Shown: positions 9,639 through 20,791, numbered from the stretch's first letter. The stretch is DNA of 64,000 nucleotides from Patescibacteria group bacterium (GCA_026416845.1 JAOAEL010000002.1:111422-175421); one strand, 5' to 3'. Notes: a model not told the origin generated them from the sequence alone. Numbers and translations are program-made.

Positions 9639-11099
9639 CTAATACGCTTGAGCAAAATACCATCTAAATTTTGCAGATTTGCCGCAATATACACATTTGC
9701 CAATATCTTCTTTCTCATTAAGAAATCGACAACGCGTGGTTGCTTTTGTTTCTTCTTTTATTTTTTGCTCACAACCAACATCTTCGCACCAAAAAGACCT
9801 CAAAAAACCTTTACCAGCCAACATTCTTTCTTTAAATTCTTCATAATTATCAACCAAATGAGTATTTGCGCGCAAAACATTCTTAGCATTTTCAAACATT
9901 TTATTTTGAATTTGGCTTAAAAATTGTTCAACTCTATCGGGCAAGTCTTCAAATTTTGAAATTTTGTTATCCATATCAAACAATCTAAAAGAATAAGATA
10001 TTATCTTTTCTTGAACTTCCCTAATCCCTATAGCTATTTTTATTGGTATTCCTTTTAACTCCGCTTCGTTTACCCTCCAGCCAAAACTTTTTTCAAAATC
10101 ATCAAATATTTCTATTCTGCCTGGATAAGCACTTGTAGAATTTGTCAAAGTCTGTTTTATCTTTTCGCAATATTTAAGAACTTGATCATCTTTTTTGCCA
10201 AATATCGGAATGATAGCTACTTTTATAGGAGCAACTCTGGGGGGTAAAACTAAACCACTATCATCACCATGTGTCAAAAACAAAGCGCCCAAAGATCTTG
10301 TCGAGAAACCCCACGAATTTTGCCACACATATTGAGAAACTCCATTTTTATCCTGAAAAGATATATTTAGGGCTTTTGAGAAATTTTGACCCAAATCATG
10401 CGAAGTGCACGCTTGGAGAGCCTTGCCATCAGGCATTATCGCCTCTACAGTATATGTAAAATCCGCGCCAGCAAATTTCTCAGACTGGCTCTTAACTCCC
10501 AAAACAACAGGTATAGCATAAAAATCTTCATAAATCTGTCTATACCAATCAAGCGCTTTTAAAACCATTTCCAACGACTCTTCATGAGTGGCATGCGCAC
10601 AATGGCCTTCTTGCCATAAAAATTCAAGCGTACGTAAAAAAAGGTATGTTCTTTTTTCCCATCTTACGACATTGTTCCATTGATTGATCTTGACAGGCAA
10701 ATCGCGCCAGCTATGTATCCACTTAGCGTATTCTTGATACATTATCATCTCAGAAGTTGGACGAACAGCTAATGGTTCAGAAAGTTGCTCACCACCGCCA
10801 ATTGTCACCACCGCAAGTTCTGGAGAAAATCCTTCTATATGGCTTTTCTCTTTGTTAAAAAGAGACATAGGAATAAACATCGGAAAATAAGCATTTTCAA
10901 CTCCATCAATTTTAAACATAGCATCAAGCGCCTTTTGAACATTCTCCCACAGTGCATAACCATAAGGCTTTAGAATCATAGTCCCACGCACTGGACCATA
11001 ATCAGCAAGATCAGACTGAAGAACTACATCTGTATACCAATCAGATATGTTTTCTGATTTTTTGGTTATTAACTTTTTTTCAGTTTGTTTGTTTGTCAT
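9639..11099 (-). CDS. proS: prolyl-tRNA synthetase, archaeal/eukaryotic type
   Basis: RPTSE, NQWNNVVRWE, FLRTLEFLWQEGH, GQNFSKA, C-terminal FAQAY. Confidence 0.97.
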   Translation of the reverse strand: MTNKQTEKKLITKKSENISDWYTDVVLQSDLADYGPVRGTMILKPYGYALWENVQKALDAMFKIDGVENAYFPMFIPMSLFNKEKSHIEGFSPELAVVTIGGGEQLSEPLAVRPTSEMIMYQEYAKWIHSWRDLPVKINQWNNVVRWEKRTYLFLRTLEFLWQEGHCAHATHEESLEMVLKALDWYRQIYEDFYAIPVVLGVKSQSEKFAGADFTYTVEAIMPDGKALQACTSHDLGQNFSKALNISFQDKNGVSQYVWQNSWGFSTRSLGALFLTHGDDSGLVLPPRVAPIKVAIIPIFGKKDDQVLKYCEKIKQTLTNSTSAYPGRIEIFDDFEKSFGWRVNEAELKGIPIKIAIGIREVQEKIISYSFRLFDMDNKISKFEDLPDRVEQFLSQIQNKMFENAKNVLRANTHLVDNYEEFKERMLAGKGFLRSFWCEDVGCEQKIKEETKATTRCRFLNEKEDIGKCVYCGKSAKFRWYFAQAY

Positions 11100-11136
11100 A
11101 TTGAATTAACTAAATTTCTTCAATAACAAATATTCG

Positions 11137-12249
11137 CTAACGAGATTGAGAGATATCTTGAAAAAATTGTTCTATACTCCCAGCCGAAATTAGTCTTTGT
11201 ATATCATAAGCGGTAATTGCAAAAAGCAATGTTAAAAGCAAGGCCATTCCCACAGTATGCGCGATAGATTCTATCTTAGGTAAAAACTTTTTACCAAAAA
11301 CACTTTCGATTAAGATAAAAAGCAGTCTCCCACCATCCAAAGCAGGAAATGGCATTATATTAAGAATCGCCAGATTCACAGATAAAATAGCAATAAAATT
11401 GACAAAAGCCAAAACACCATAATTTGCCGCTTGAGAAGTTAAAGCATAAATACCAACAGGACCTGTAATGTCTCTAGGAACTATACCTAAAAAAAGCTCG
11501 GAAATCATCTTACCAAAACCAAAAACAACAACCATGCCCCAAAATACGGCTTCTTTGACACCATAGTAAATTCCATAAAAAGGCATTTGCCAAATAGGCG
11601 GAAAATAGTTCTCAGCCGAATTAATCAGAACACCCAAAGGCCCTTCATTCTCAGGCGGGTTAGCCCGAGCCATGACATTTTCTATTGTGACAATTTCTCC
11701 TGAAGGTTTTTTTACTTTTAAATCAATTTCTGAACCTTTTTTTGACTGCATTGTTTTTATAAACTCAGCATTTGTATAAACAGGCTGATTGTCTATCTCT
11801 AACAAAACATCATCTTTAGAAATACCGGCATAAGCGGCAGGAGATTCTTCTGCGACCTCTAAAACCTTGACTTCTCCAGTCTCCCTAGGCACTCCGGTAA
11901 AAGAATAAGTAATAGAAAAAAGAAAAACGGCAAGCAGAAAATTCATTACAACGCCTGCAATCACAATTGAAATCCTAGTCAACTTACCTTTATTAAGAAA
12001 AGACCTTTTAGGATCGATAACTTCATCTTCACTGGTTTCTCCATGAAGCCTTACAAAACCACCAAAAGGAAGCAAATTAATTGAATAAATTGTTTCGCCA
12101 ATTTTTTTGCCCCACACCCTAGGGGGAATTCCAAATCCAAATTCTTCAACCTTTACTCCAGATTTGATTGCGGCTAAAAAATGACCAAGTTCATGAATTA
12201 AAACCAGTATCGAAAGAACTAGTAAAAATAAAATTATTTGAGTTACCAT
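11137..12249 (-). CDS. rseP: RseP/M50 intramembrane metalloprotease with PDZ domain
   Basis: HELGHF, LLPFGGFVRL, PDZ (ESPAAYAGI), NIMPFPALDGG. Confidence 0.95.
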   Translation of the reverse strand: MVTQIILFLLVLSILVLIHELGHFLAAIKSGVKVEEFGFGIPPRVWGKKIGETIYSINLLPFGGFVRLHGETSEDEVIDPKRSFLNKGKLTRISIVIAGVVMNFLLAVFLFSITYSFTGVPRETGEVKVLEVAEESPAAYAGISKDDVLLEIDNQPVYTNAEFIKTMQSKKGSEIDLKVKKPSGEIVTIENVMARANPPENEGPLGVLINSAENYFPPIWQMPFYGIYYGVKEAVFWGMVVVFGFGKMISELFLGIVPRDITGPVGIYALTSQAANYGVLAFVNFIAILSVNLAILNIMPFPALDGGRLLFILIESVFGKKFLPKIESIAHTVGMALLLTLLFAITAYDIQRLISAGSIEQFFQDISQSR

Positions 12250-12358
12250 GTTAAAACCAAATGCAGTAAAATTGTAAAACAAAACCAAAACACAAAAAAG
12301 ACCTAAACCGAAAATAATGACAAAGCAAGACTTAACGTATTTTTACATTATTCCAAAA

Positions 12359-12916
12359 TCAGATTTGAAGCAAATCTTGTTCCTTTAATCTGCCAATCTC
12401 TTCAATTTTTGCCGTAAATCTATCTGTAATATTCTGAAGTTCTTTTTCTTTTGCAAATCTTTGATCTTCAGATAGCTCTTTATTTTCAAAAGCTTGTTTT
12501 ATTTCTTTCATGAAATCACCTCTTACCTGACGAATAGCAACTTTTGCACTTTCAAGTCTAGTATGCAAAAGTTTAACATATTTTTCACGATCTTCCGATG
12601 TCAAAGGGGGAAAAGAAATTCGTATCAAATCACCATCTATGACCGGATTCATCCCAAGATTGGCTTCTAGAATTCCTTTTTTTATATCTCCAATAATTGA
12701 CTTGTCCCAAGGTGAGATTACCAGAGTTCGAGCGTCTTGGACAGTAATTGTCGCCAATTCCTGAACTTTCAGATTCTGTGTCCCGCCATAAGCAGGGCAA
12801 ACTATATTTTCAACTAAAGCGGAAGTGACGCGACTTGTCCGAAATGAACCCAAATCAGAAACCAATTCATCTATAACAAACTGCATTCTTGCATTTATCG
12901 CTGAAGAATCATTCAT
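12359..12916 (-). CDS. frr: ribosome recycling factor
   Basis: RTSRVT, ISPWDKS, FPPLTSEDR, KVAIRQVR. Confidence 0.96.
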   Translation of the reverse strand: MNDSSAINARMQFVIDELVSDLGSFRTSRVTSALVENIVCPAYGGTQNLKVQELATITVQDARTLVISPWDKSIIGDIKKGILEANLGMNPVIDGDLIRISFPPLTSEDREKYVKLLHTRLESAKVAIRQVRGDFMKEIKQAFENKELSEDQRFAKEKELQNITDRFTAKIEEIGRLKEQDLLQI

Positions 12917-12952
12917 GGGTTAATTTAAAATTAATTCACCAAAAACAAAAAA

Positions 12953-13414
12953 TCAATCTCCTCCAAGTTCAATTCTCCAAATTCTGGAAACCCTGCAATT
13001 TTCACCTGTTTTTGCTATTACTTCTCGCACCAATTCTGAGACTTTTTTAGATGGATCTTTAATGTAATCTTGATTTAAAAAATCTTGAACACTTTTGGCA
13101 GGGAAAGAAGCTAGTTGTAAAGCAAGATTATGAGCCATTTCGCGAAAAATATCATTTTTTGCAACAAAATCAGTTTCACACAAAACTTCAACAACTGAAG
13201 CAATTTTACCAGAATGGTGAACATAAACTTCAATCAAACCTTCATGAGTTGCTCTATCTAATCTTTTCTCAGCTTTTTCAAAACCTTCTTTCCTCAAAAC
13301 TTGCTCTGCTTTTTCCACATCACCATTTAACTCATCTAAAACTTTTTTTACCCGCATAATAGGGGCACCAGTTTTTTCTCGTAAACTCAAAAGCTGATCG
13401 CGAGATACTTTCAT
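12953..13414 (-). CDS. tsf: elongation factor Ts (short form)
   Basis: LREKTGAP N-domain, EVLCETDFVAKN, KTGENCRVSR; 153 aa. Confidence 0.95.
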   Translation of the reverse strand: MKVSRDQLLSLREKTGAPIMRVKKVLDELNGDVEKAEQVLRKEGFEKAEKRLDRATHEGLIEVYVHHSGKIASVVEVLCETDFVAKNDIFREMAHNLALQLASFPAKSVQDFLNQDYIKDPSKKVSELVREVIAKTGENCRVSRIWRIELGGD

Positions 13415-13449
13415 ACTTAATTGTTAATTAAATTATCTGAAAAACGTTA

Positions 13450-14208
13450 TTAACTTTCAATTTTCAAATTTTGATTGCCAGATTGAAAAATTTCATTTTT
13501 TTGTTTTCCGAAATTTTTTTCTTCTGCTTGAACCTTAGCAAAAACTTCTTTAACTTTATCTAAAATAAATCCTAACGAACGAGTAGAATCATCGTTCATT
13601 GGTATCAAGTAATCACAATCTTCAGGATTGGAATTTGAATCAACAACACCAACAATAATCCTTCCCGATTCTTTAGCTTCCTTAACCGCACAGCTTTCTC
13701 TTTTTGTATCAACAATAAAAATTATATCTGGTAAAGATTCTATGCCTACTAAACCACCTAATGTTTTTTCCAACCTTGAAATTTCTTTTTCTATCAAAAG
13801 CTTTTCCTTTTTGGTACGATCCTTAAAAACTCCTTGCTTAAACTTTAACTTTAAATCAACAAGCCTGTTTGACGAACGTTTTATTTGCTCAAAATTAGTA
13901 AAAGTACCTCCTAACCAACGTTTGTTAACATAGAAGCTTTTAGTAAACTCTGCAACCTCTTTAATCTTATCCTGAACTTGCCTTTTTGTCCCCACAAACA
14001 AAACAGATTTACCTTTTTTATATGACTCTGCTAAAAAATCTAATGCTTCTTCAATTTTAGTTTTTGTTTTAGTCAAATCAAATATGTGCACACCATCTCT
14101 CACACCATACAAATAGGGAGCCATTTTAGGGTTCCACTTGCGTGCTTGGTGGCCAAAATGAGCCCCAGCTTTGACTAAATCTTCAAGTGTAATGTTTACA
14201 TTTATCAT
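13450..14208 (-). CDS. rpsB: 30S ribosomal protein S2
   Basis: GAHFGHQARKWNPKM, RWLGGTFTN, PMNDDS. Confidence 0.98.
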   Translation of the reverse strand: MINVNITLEDLVKAGAHFGHQARKWNPKMAPYLYGVRDGVHIFDLTKTKTKIEEALDFLAESYKKGKSVLFVGTKRQVQDKIKEVAEFTKSFYVNKRWLGGTFTNFEQIKRSSNRLVDLKLKFKQGVFKDRTKKEKLLIEKEISRLEKTLGGLVGIESLPDIIFIVDTKRESCAVKEAKESGRIIVGVVDSNSNPEDCDYLIPMNDDSTRSLGFILDKVKEVFAKVQAEEKNFGKQKNEIFQSGNQNLKIES

Positions 14209-14384
14209 AAAAAACCAATCACTGTATTTTACTCAAAAACACACATTACTTGCAACACCAAACAATCAACTATAAAAACACAAATCTAAAATAAATAATC
14301 ACACGTACACAAATAAAGAAACATCTGCCCAACTACCAAAGAAATGTCTCCAACAAAGAGTACAAAAGACTAATTTTTTCACCT

Positions 14385-15215
14385 TTATTTCCACCTTAAA
14401 CATGACTCCAGCAAATTTTCCATCAAACAAGCTATTGTAACCGGCCCAATGCCACCGGGAACTGGAGTGACAAAACTGCACCTCTCATAAGCATCCTTTT
14501 GCAAATTGCCAACAGGAGCGCCTACATCTATCACAATTGCCCCTTTTTTGATCATATCCTTTGAGATTATATTTGGTTTATTTGCGGCGCATATCAAAAT
14601 ATTTGCTCTTTTCGTAAAAAACTTTAAATCAAAATTGTCAAATTCTTGGAGATCAACATCCACCCCTACTACCTCGTAACCTTCCTTTTCTAAAACTCTT
14701 ACAATTTTTCTGCCTACAAATCCATTAGCGCCAACAAGAGTCAATTCTTTTGCAATGCCAGTTTTAGAAATTGTCGAATTGACATGTCTTGATTCATTTA
14801 AAGCAGTAATTATTGCCTTGACCACCGGCACCACATAAAAACTGTCATCACGCATGCCATCAACATCCTTTTGGGGCAAGATGCAATTTATAATCTCATC
14901 TCTATCACCCAGAGAAAAATTTGCTGGCAATGGCAGTTGCAACATAATACCATCAACCTCTTTGTTGCTATTTAATTTAACAATCAGCTCTTTGATAGTA
15001 TCTTTACTAATTCCTTCATCAAGGCTTTCAATGCTTAATTCGGCGCCTACCCTATCCGCAGCTTTTTGTTTCATGCGCTGGTACATTATTGCGTTCTCTT
15101 CATCGCCTACAACGATAGACACCAGCTTTGGAGTTTTTCCTGTCTTTTTAATTTTTTCAGCAACTTCTTGCTCTATTTCCCAAGCTTTTGCCTTTCCATC
15201 AAATATATTATTCAT
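14385..15215 (-). CDS. folD: methylenetetrahydrofolate dehydrogenase/cyclohydrolase
   Basis: GIMLQLPLP, KDVDG, VIDVG, TPVPGGIGPVT. Confidence 0.95.
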   Translation of the reverse strand: MNNIFDGKAKAWEIEQEVAEKIKKTGKTPKLVSIVVGDEENAIMYQRMKQKAADRVGAELSIESLDEGISKDTIKELIVKLNSNKEVDGIMLQLPLPANFSLGDRDEIINCILPQKDVDGMRDDSFYVVPVVKAIITALNESRHVNSTISKTGIAKELTLVGANGFVGRKIVRVLEKEGYEVVGVDVDLQEFDNFDLKFFTKRANILICAANKPNIISKDMIKKGAIVIDVGAPVGNLQKDAYERCSFVTPVPGGIGPVTIACLMENLLESCLRWK

Positions 15216-15310
15216 TTTCAAACAATAAACTCAGATATTTGTTGCATATGTTAGAAAATTAACTAAAATTTATTTTTTTGTTTATAATTCCCTTTAGGAA
15301 AGATAGAGAA

Positions 15311-16627
15311 TCAATCTTCGGGCAAAGGGTAATTTTTGCACAAATTCTCAACTTCTTTTCTAATGCTTAATAAAAACTTATCTTTTTGTATTTTGTTTTT
15401 AAAACTAACCAAAAATTCTGATCTTAAATTCGAATCAAGAGGCATTGTGTGTTCTTTCACATGGTCTATGATTTTTACTATCCATTCAGCAATCATTTTC
15501 ATTTGCAAATCCTTCATCCCTCTTGCTGTGATTGCCGGAGTTCCCAAACGAATTCCCGATGGATAAAAAGGAGATGCAGTTTCAAAAGGAACAGTATTTC
15601 TATTAACAATAATTCCAGCTATTTCAAGAGCGTTGGCAACAATCCACCCATTTGTGTTTCTGTTTCTTAAATCCACCAGCACTAAATGTTTATCCGTACC
15701 GCCACTTACAACATTCAATTCCTTGCCTATGAAATATTCAGCAAGCACCTGCGCATTTTTGATAACCTGATCGGCATATTTCCTAAAAGCGACCGACCTT
15801 GCCTTTTCAAGCGCGATGGCTACTCCCGCTATTGAATGCATATGTGGGCCACCCTGCAAACCCGGAAAAACGCCAAAGTCAATTTTTTCAGCAAGATGTT
15901 TTTTGCAAAATATCAAAGCCCCTTTTGGGCCACGAAGAGTTTTGTGCGTAGTCATAGTCACAACATCAGCATACTCAAACGGAGAATTGTTCACCCTAGC
16001 CGCTATCAATCCTGCTTCGTGAGACACATCTGCCAAATAATAAGCTCCCACTTTTTGGGCTATCGCGCCAAGATATTCATGGTTAATTTGCCTTGGATAA
16101 GCAGTGCCACCTGAAATTATCATTTTTGGTTTTATGATATTTGCCTGTTTCTCAATTGCTTCATAATTTAAAAGTTGCGTTTTTTCATCCACTTTGTAAA
16201 AACTCACGTCAAAAATCTTGGAGACTAGGGTTATCTTTCTATCAGAAGTATGCCAACCATGAGACAAATGACCTCCGTCTGGCAAAAACATAGACATTAT
16301 CTTGTCTCCAGTATCCAAAATCGCGTTATATACTGCTAAATTTGCTTCCGCTCCGGAATGAGCTTGAACATTTACATGCCAATTTGCATCAGATAAACCA
16401 AATGCCAAAAGCGCGTTTTGTTTGCAAACAAGCTCAATTTCATCAATTACCTGATTTCCCTGATAATAACGCTTTTTAGGCTGGCCCTCGGCGTACTTGT
16501 GCATTAGAAAGGAACCAACAGCTTTATAAACTGCAGAATAAGTATAATTCTCTGATGGAATCATCATCAAAGTATTTTGTTGTCTTATTTGTTCTTTTTT
16601 AATCAGATCAAGGATTCTATTTTTCAT
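15311..16627 (-). CDS. glyA: serine hydroxymethyltransferase
   Basis: KYAEG..RYYQG, GGHLSHG, TTHKTLRGP, SGIRLGTPA. Confidence 0.98.
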   Translation of the reverse strand: MKNRILDLIKKEQIRQQNTLMMIPSENYTYSAVYKAVGSFLMHKYAEGQPKKRYYQGNQVIDEIELVCKQNALLAFGLSDANWHVNVQAHSGAEANLAVYNAILDTGDKIMSMFLPDGGHLSHGWHTSDRKITLVSKIFDVSFYKVDEKTQLLNYEAIEKQANIIKPKMIISGGTAYPRQINHEYLGAIAQKVGAYYLADVSHEAGLIAARVNNSPFEYADVVTMTTHKTLRGPKGALIFCKKHLAEKIDFGVFPGLQGGPHMHSIAGVAIALEKARSVAFRKYADQVIKNAQVLAEYFIGKELNVVSGGTDKHLVLVDLRNRNTNGWIVANALEIAGIIVNRNTVPFETASPFYPSGIRLGTPAITARGMKDLQMKMIAEWIVKIIDHVKEHTMPLDSNLRSEFLVSFKNKIQKDKFLLSIRKEVENLCKNYPLPED

Positions 16628-16648
16628 AATCAGCCGGTTTTTAGAATA

Positions 16649-16882
16649 TTATTCTACCAATTGCCCTCTGAAAATTTTTTTAATCTCCACATTTGATTTG
16701 CCATCTTGGTAAGCTCTATATGCTTTTTCTAGTCTATCAGAAGCATTTCTTCTGATTTTTGAATAAGTTCTTGGACATGCAACAACATCAATAAATATGC
16801 CATGCAAAAGATCGCCAAAATGGGAAAAGAAAAAGAAAGCTCTGCTTTTAACTTTCTTATTTCCTAAAATGCCAATCATCAA
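16649..16882 (-). CDS. small hypothetical protein
   Basis: 77 aa ORF filling the tdk-glyA gap on the same strand; no motif recognised. Confidence 0.45.
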   Translation of the reverse strand: MMIGILGNKKVKSRAFFFFSHFGDLLHGIFIDVVACPRTYSKIRRNASDRLEKAYRAYQDGKSNVEIKKIFRGQLVE

Positions 16883-16907
16883 AGGTAATTATAATGCCAA
16901 AAATCCT

Positions 16908-17507
16908 CTACCACAATTTTTTATATGGAGAATTAAGCACAATATGATGATTTGCGCACCTTGGAGCATATGACTCGGAAGCACCAATTAAAATCACAGG
17001 TTCATCCCAACTAGGATATTGTCCGTTAATCAATCTTTGGGTCCTTGAGGCCTCCATACCACATACTTTTCCATCAAAATCATAAGTACAAACAGCATAC
17101 AGCACAGTAATCTTATCAGCCATGCCCAACAATGCGGGCATCGGGCCAAAACCTTCATGTCTAAAATCATTCTGTAATCCAGCTAAATAAACACGAATAC
17201 CATTTCTTAAAATTACTTTTACAACATCTGGCAAATCAGAACCGAAAAATTGGGCTTCGTCAATCAATATAGCAGATATACGCTCACTAAGATAATTAAA
17301 TATTTGTTCCGGTTGTTGAAAATCAATTTGAATCGCCTGCAATCTTTCTCCATTATGATTCATAATTTCTTTCGATCTTGTATCGTTGCTTGGCTTAAAA
17401 GCCATTACACTGTTACCTGCAAACTCTTCTCGCTTGCCAAGACGCATTAACTCCGTAGTTTTGCCTGCAAACATACATCCAGTAACAACATGAAGTCTTT
17501 CACTCAT
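16908..17507 (-). CDS. tdk: thymidine kinase
   Basis: GCMFAGKTTEL, IDEAQFF, AGLQNDFR, IGASESYAPRC. Confidence 0.96.
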   Translation of the reverse strand: MSERLHVVTGCMFAGKTTELMRLGKREEFAGNSVMAFKPSNDTRSKEIMNHNGERLQAIQIDFQQPEQIFNYLSERISAILIDEAQFFGSDLPDVVKVILRNGIRVYLAGLQNDFRHEGFGPMPALLGMADKITVLYAVCTYDFDGKVCGMEASRTQRLINGQYPSWDEPVILIGASESYAPRCANHHIVLNSPYKKLW

Positions 17508-17635
17508 AAGATAAAATCTATTCAAAAAAAATCTACAAAAAGCAATATATCAATTTTGTAAATTTCTATCATCCAATTAACAATAACAACTTAAATCAAA
17601 ATTGCAATTTGTTTTTCCCAAACCTATTTTAAAGA

Positions 17636-19696
17636 TTAATTTGGTTCAGCTAGCTTATTCTCAACCTGTTGAGCCTCTAAAGGATTTTTCCAACTCGCAA
17701 AATCGCAATCAGGATATCTACTACACCCAAAAAAGTTTCTGCCTCTTTTTGTTTTCTTTGCCACAATTTCACCTATTGTACATTTTGGACATTTCATGTC
17801 AATTTTATTCATAAGCTTTTCCGTATATTTGCAATCAGGGAAGCGATTGCAAGAGATGAATTTGCCAAACCTGCCAGTTCTGATAACAAGCTTGCCTTCA
17901 AAACATGAAGGACACTGTCTTTCAAGCTCTTCAATCGCCACTTTAACTTTTTCTGCTTTTTCCTCAGCTTCAACAAGATTCTTGCTAAATGACTGCCAAA
18001 AAGATTGCATCATTTTATGCCATTCCACATTGCCCCTTGCTACATCATCTAAACCTTGCTCCATTTCAGCGGTAAACGAATATTCGAGTTCTTTGGGGAA
18101 ATTTTTCACCAAAAACTCGTTGGCTGCCACGCCAATAGCTGTAGGTTTAAACTTGCCTTCATCTTTCTCCACATATCCGCGCAATTGAATAGTGGTAATT
18201 ATAGGAGCATAGGTTGAAGGTCTGCCTATGCCTAATTTTTCTAGAGTTTTTATAAGTGAAGCCTCATTATATCTAGGTGGCGGTTGGGTAAACTTTTGGT
18301 TTGATACAACTTTAATTAATAAAAGCTCTTGCCCTTTTTCCAATTTTGGCAATTCTTGGTATTGATCTAACAAGTTTTGTTCATCTACAGAAAGTTGCCT
18401 TCCCTTGTTCAGTTTTTTATCAGGGTTTTCAACGGGAAAAAGTTTTCTCCATCCGTCAAATTTCATAATTTGTCCAGAAGCGCGCAAAAGGTAATTTGTT
18501 TTGGTATTATCTAATTTTTCAAACTTTGCCATAACATCAATCACTGTCTCGTCATAAATAGCATCCGTCATTTGCGAAGCGATAAATCTTTTCCAAATTA
18601 GATCATAAAGTTTTCTCTCTGAAACATCATTTATTTTTTGCGATTCCAATCTTACATCAGTTGGTCGAATTGCCTCATGAGCTTCTTGCGCAGACTTGGA
18701 CTTTGTTTTATAAAAGCGGAAACCCTCGGTTGGTAAATACTCATAACCATACTTATCCTGAATAAATTCTTTGGCGGAAGTCAATGCTGTCACTGAAAGG
18801 TTTGTAGAATCTGTGCGATGGTAAGTGATTAATCCTTGCTCATAAAGTTTCTGTGCAACGCTCATAGTCCTTTTAGCGCTCCAAGAAAACAAACGCGCCG
18901 CGGCTTGAGTCATTGTTGAGGTTGTAAATGGAGGATAAGGTTTTTTCCTAACCTCTTTTCTTTTCAAATCAAAAACTTCATATTTAGATTGTTCTAATTC
19001 AGAAACTATTTTTTCCGCATATTCGGCATTATCAATCTTAACTTTTTCATTGTTAACTTTGACCAATCGGACCACAAAATTTGAAAGCTCCGATTCTGAC
19101 TGCCTTGCTTGCACCAAAGCTCCTATTTCCCAGTATTCAACAGGTTTAAAATTCTCTATCTCTTTTTCTCTTTCGACTATCAAACGCACTGCGACAGACT
19201 GGACCCTGCCAGCAGAAAGTCCGCGACGAACTTTCTTCCAAAGAAGTGGAGAAAGTTTGTAACCCACAATTCTGTCCAAAACTCTTCTGGCAATTTGCGC
19301 GTTAACAAGGTTGTCATTAACTTTATTGGGACGTTTTATCGCTTCCTCAACCGCATTTTTTGTAATCTCGTGAAAAAGAATTCTTTCTGAAACTTTTTTT
19401 GCCTTGTCAACTATTTCTTTTACATGACTGGCAATTGCTTCTCCCTCTCGATCTGGATCTGTAGCGATATAAACTTTGTCTGCTTTTTTAACTGCTTTTT
19501 TTATCGCTTCTATCTCTTTTTTTTTGTTATTCATCCACTGATAATCAGGTTCAAAATTATTCTCTATATCTATAGCAAATTTGTTTTTGGGAAGATCTTT
19601 AATATGACCCTTTGTAGCTTGAATCAAGTAATCGCTTCCTAAAAACTTGGATAAAGTCTTGGATTTCGTTGGCGATTCAACAATTATAAGATTCAT
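17636..19696 (-). CDS. topA: DNA topoisomerase I (type IA) with C-terminal zinc ribbons
   Basis: LIIVESPTK, ATDPDREGE, SAGRVQS, ITYHRTDS, AHEAIRPT, GIGRPSTYA. Confidence 0.98.
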   Translation of the reverse strand: MNLIIVESPTKSKTLSKFLGSDYLIQATKGHIKDLPKNKFAIDIENNFEPDYQWMNNKKKEIEAIKKAVKKADKVYIATDPDREGEAIASHVKEIVDKAKKVSERILFHEITKNAVEEAIKRPNKVNDNLVNAQIARRVLDRIVGYKLSPLLWKKVRRGLSAGRVQSVAVRLIVEREKEIENFKPVEYWEIGALVQARQSESELSNFVVRLVKVNNEKVKIDNAEYAEKIVSELEQSKYEVFDLKRKEVRKKPYPPFTTSTMTQAAARLFSWSAKRTMSVAQKLYEQGLITYHRTDSTNLSVTALTSAKEFIQDKYGYEYLPTEGFRFYKTKSKSAQEAHEAIRPTDVRLESQKINDVSERKLYDLIWKRFIASQMTDAIYDETVIDVMAKFEKLDNTKTNYLLRASGQIMKFDGWRKLFPVENPDKKLNKGRQLSVDEQNLLDQYQELPKLEKGQELLLIKVVSNQKFTQPPPRYNEASLIKTLEKLGIGRPSTYAPIITTIQLRGYVEKDEGKFKPTAIGVAANEFLVKNFPKELEYSFTAEMEQGLDDVARGNVEWHKMMQSFWQSFSKNLVEAEEKAEKVKVAIEELERQCPSCFEGKLVIRTGRFGKFISCNRFPDCKYTEKLMNKIDMKCPKCTIGEIVAKKTKRGRNFFGCSRYPDCDFASWKNPLEAQQVENKLAEPN

Positions 19697-19706
19697 AATT
19701 TTGATA

Positions 19707-20786
19707 TTAACATTTCCTATAAATCCCGTTTCCAATATGCTTCACAATACCCTTCAACTCCATAACAGTTAATTTTTGCGATACCTCAGAGACTCTCAGA
19801 CCAATTATTCTCGATAATTCATCTAAATGAAGTGAATCAGAAACCAAAAGCGAATATATTTTTTCTTCTATTTCATCAGTTGGCAAGACACTGTGCACCT
19901 CACAAGAAAGAACACTTGTCGCACCAATATCGGCTATTATATCATGCGGTGAAACAGCAATTTGAGCTCCATTTTGTATCAGGTAATGCGAAGCTTGCGA
20001 ATAAACTGAGAATATTGAACCGGGAACAGCGTAAACAGTCCTTCCTTGATCTGCCGCATGGCTCGCTGTAAGCAATGTTCCACTTCTTTTTTCTCCTTCA
20101 ACTACCAAAACACCTTTTGAAAGACCCGAGATAATTCTGTTTCTTGCGGCAAAATTGGATCTAAAAGCGGGATACCCTAAGGGATACTCAGACAAAATTG
20201 CTCCATTTTCTATTATTTTCTTAGCAAGATTCAAATTGCCGGCGGGATAAATCCTATCAAGCCCGCAACCAATTACTGCTATTGTTCTGCCTTTATGTAA
20301 AATCGCAGTCTCATGAGCAATACTGTCAACACCAAAAGCAAGCCCGGAAACTATTGTTACACCAAATTCAACAAGACTTTTAGTAAAATGTTCCGCAACA
20401 TCGCGTCCGTAGTTAGTCATTTTTCTAGTTCCAATAACCGCAATGGAAGTAGAATCGGAAGGCAAAATTTTTCCTTTGCAATATAAAACAAAAGGGGCGT
20501 TGCTAATACTTTTTAGATTAAATGGGTAATTTGGATCTGATTTCGTAATAACTTCAATCCGCAATTCTGCAAGTTTCCTCAAATAATCATCTAGATCAAA
20601 TTTGTCTCTATGTCCGCAAAACTCTTCAACCAGTCTCTCAGATAAACCAGTTTTTACTAACTCGGACTTGGATGCCTTCCAAATTCTCTCTGGACTCTCA
20701 AAGTAATTTATAAGCGCTTCAATTTTAACGCTTCCAAACTGAGTAAAGGTAGAAAGGGCAACAAAATATTTCTCGTCTTGTGTCAC
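19707..20786 (-). CDS. dprA: DNA-processing protein DprA
   Basis: IAVIGTR, IVSGLAFGVD, FAARNRIISGLS, C-terminal winged helix. Confidence 0.97.
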   Translation of the reverse strand: MTQDEKYFVALSTFTQFGSVKIEALINYFESPERIWKASKSELVKTGLSERLVEEFCGHRDKFDLDDYLRKLAELRIEVITKSDPNYPFNLKSISNAPFVLYCKGKILPSDSTSIAVIGTRKMTNYGRDVAEHFTKSLVEFGVTIVSGLAFGVDSIAHETAILHKGRTIAVIGCGLDRIYPAGNLNLAKKIIENGAILSEYPLGYPAFRSNFAARNRIISGLSKGVLVVEGEKRSGTLLTASHAADQGRTVYAVPGSIFSVYSQASHYLIQNGAQIAVSPHDIIADIGATSVLSCEVHSVLPTDEIEEKIYSLLVSDSLHLDELSRIIGLRVSEVSQKLTVMELKGIVKHIGNGIYRKC

Positions 20787-20791
20787 AATTT

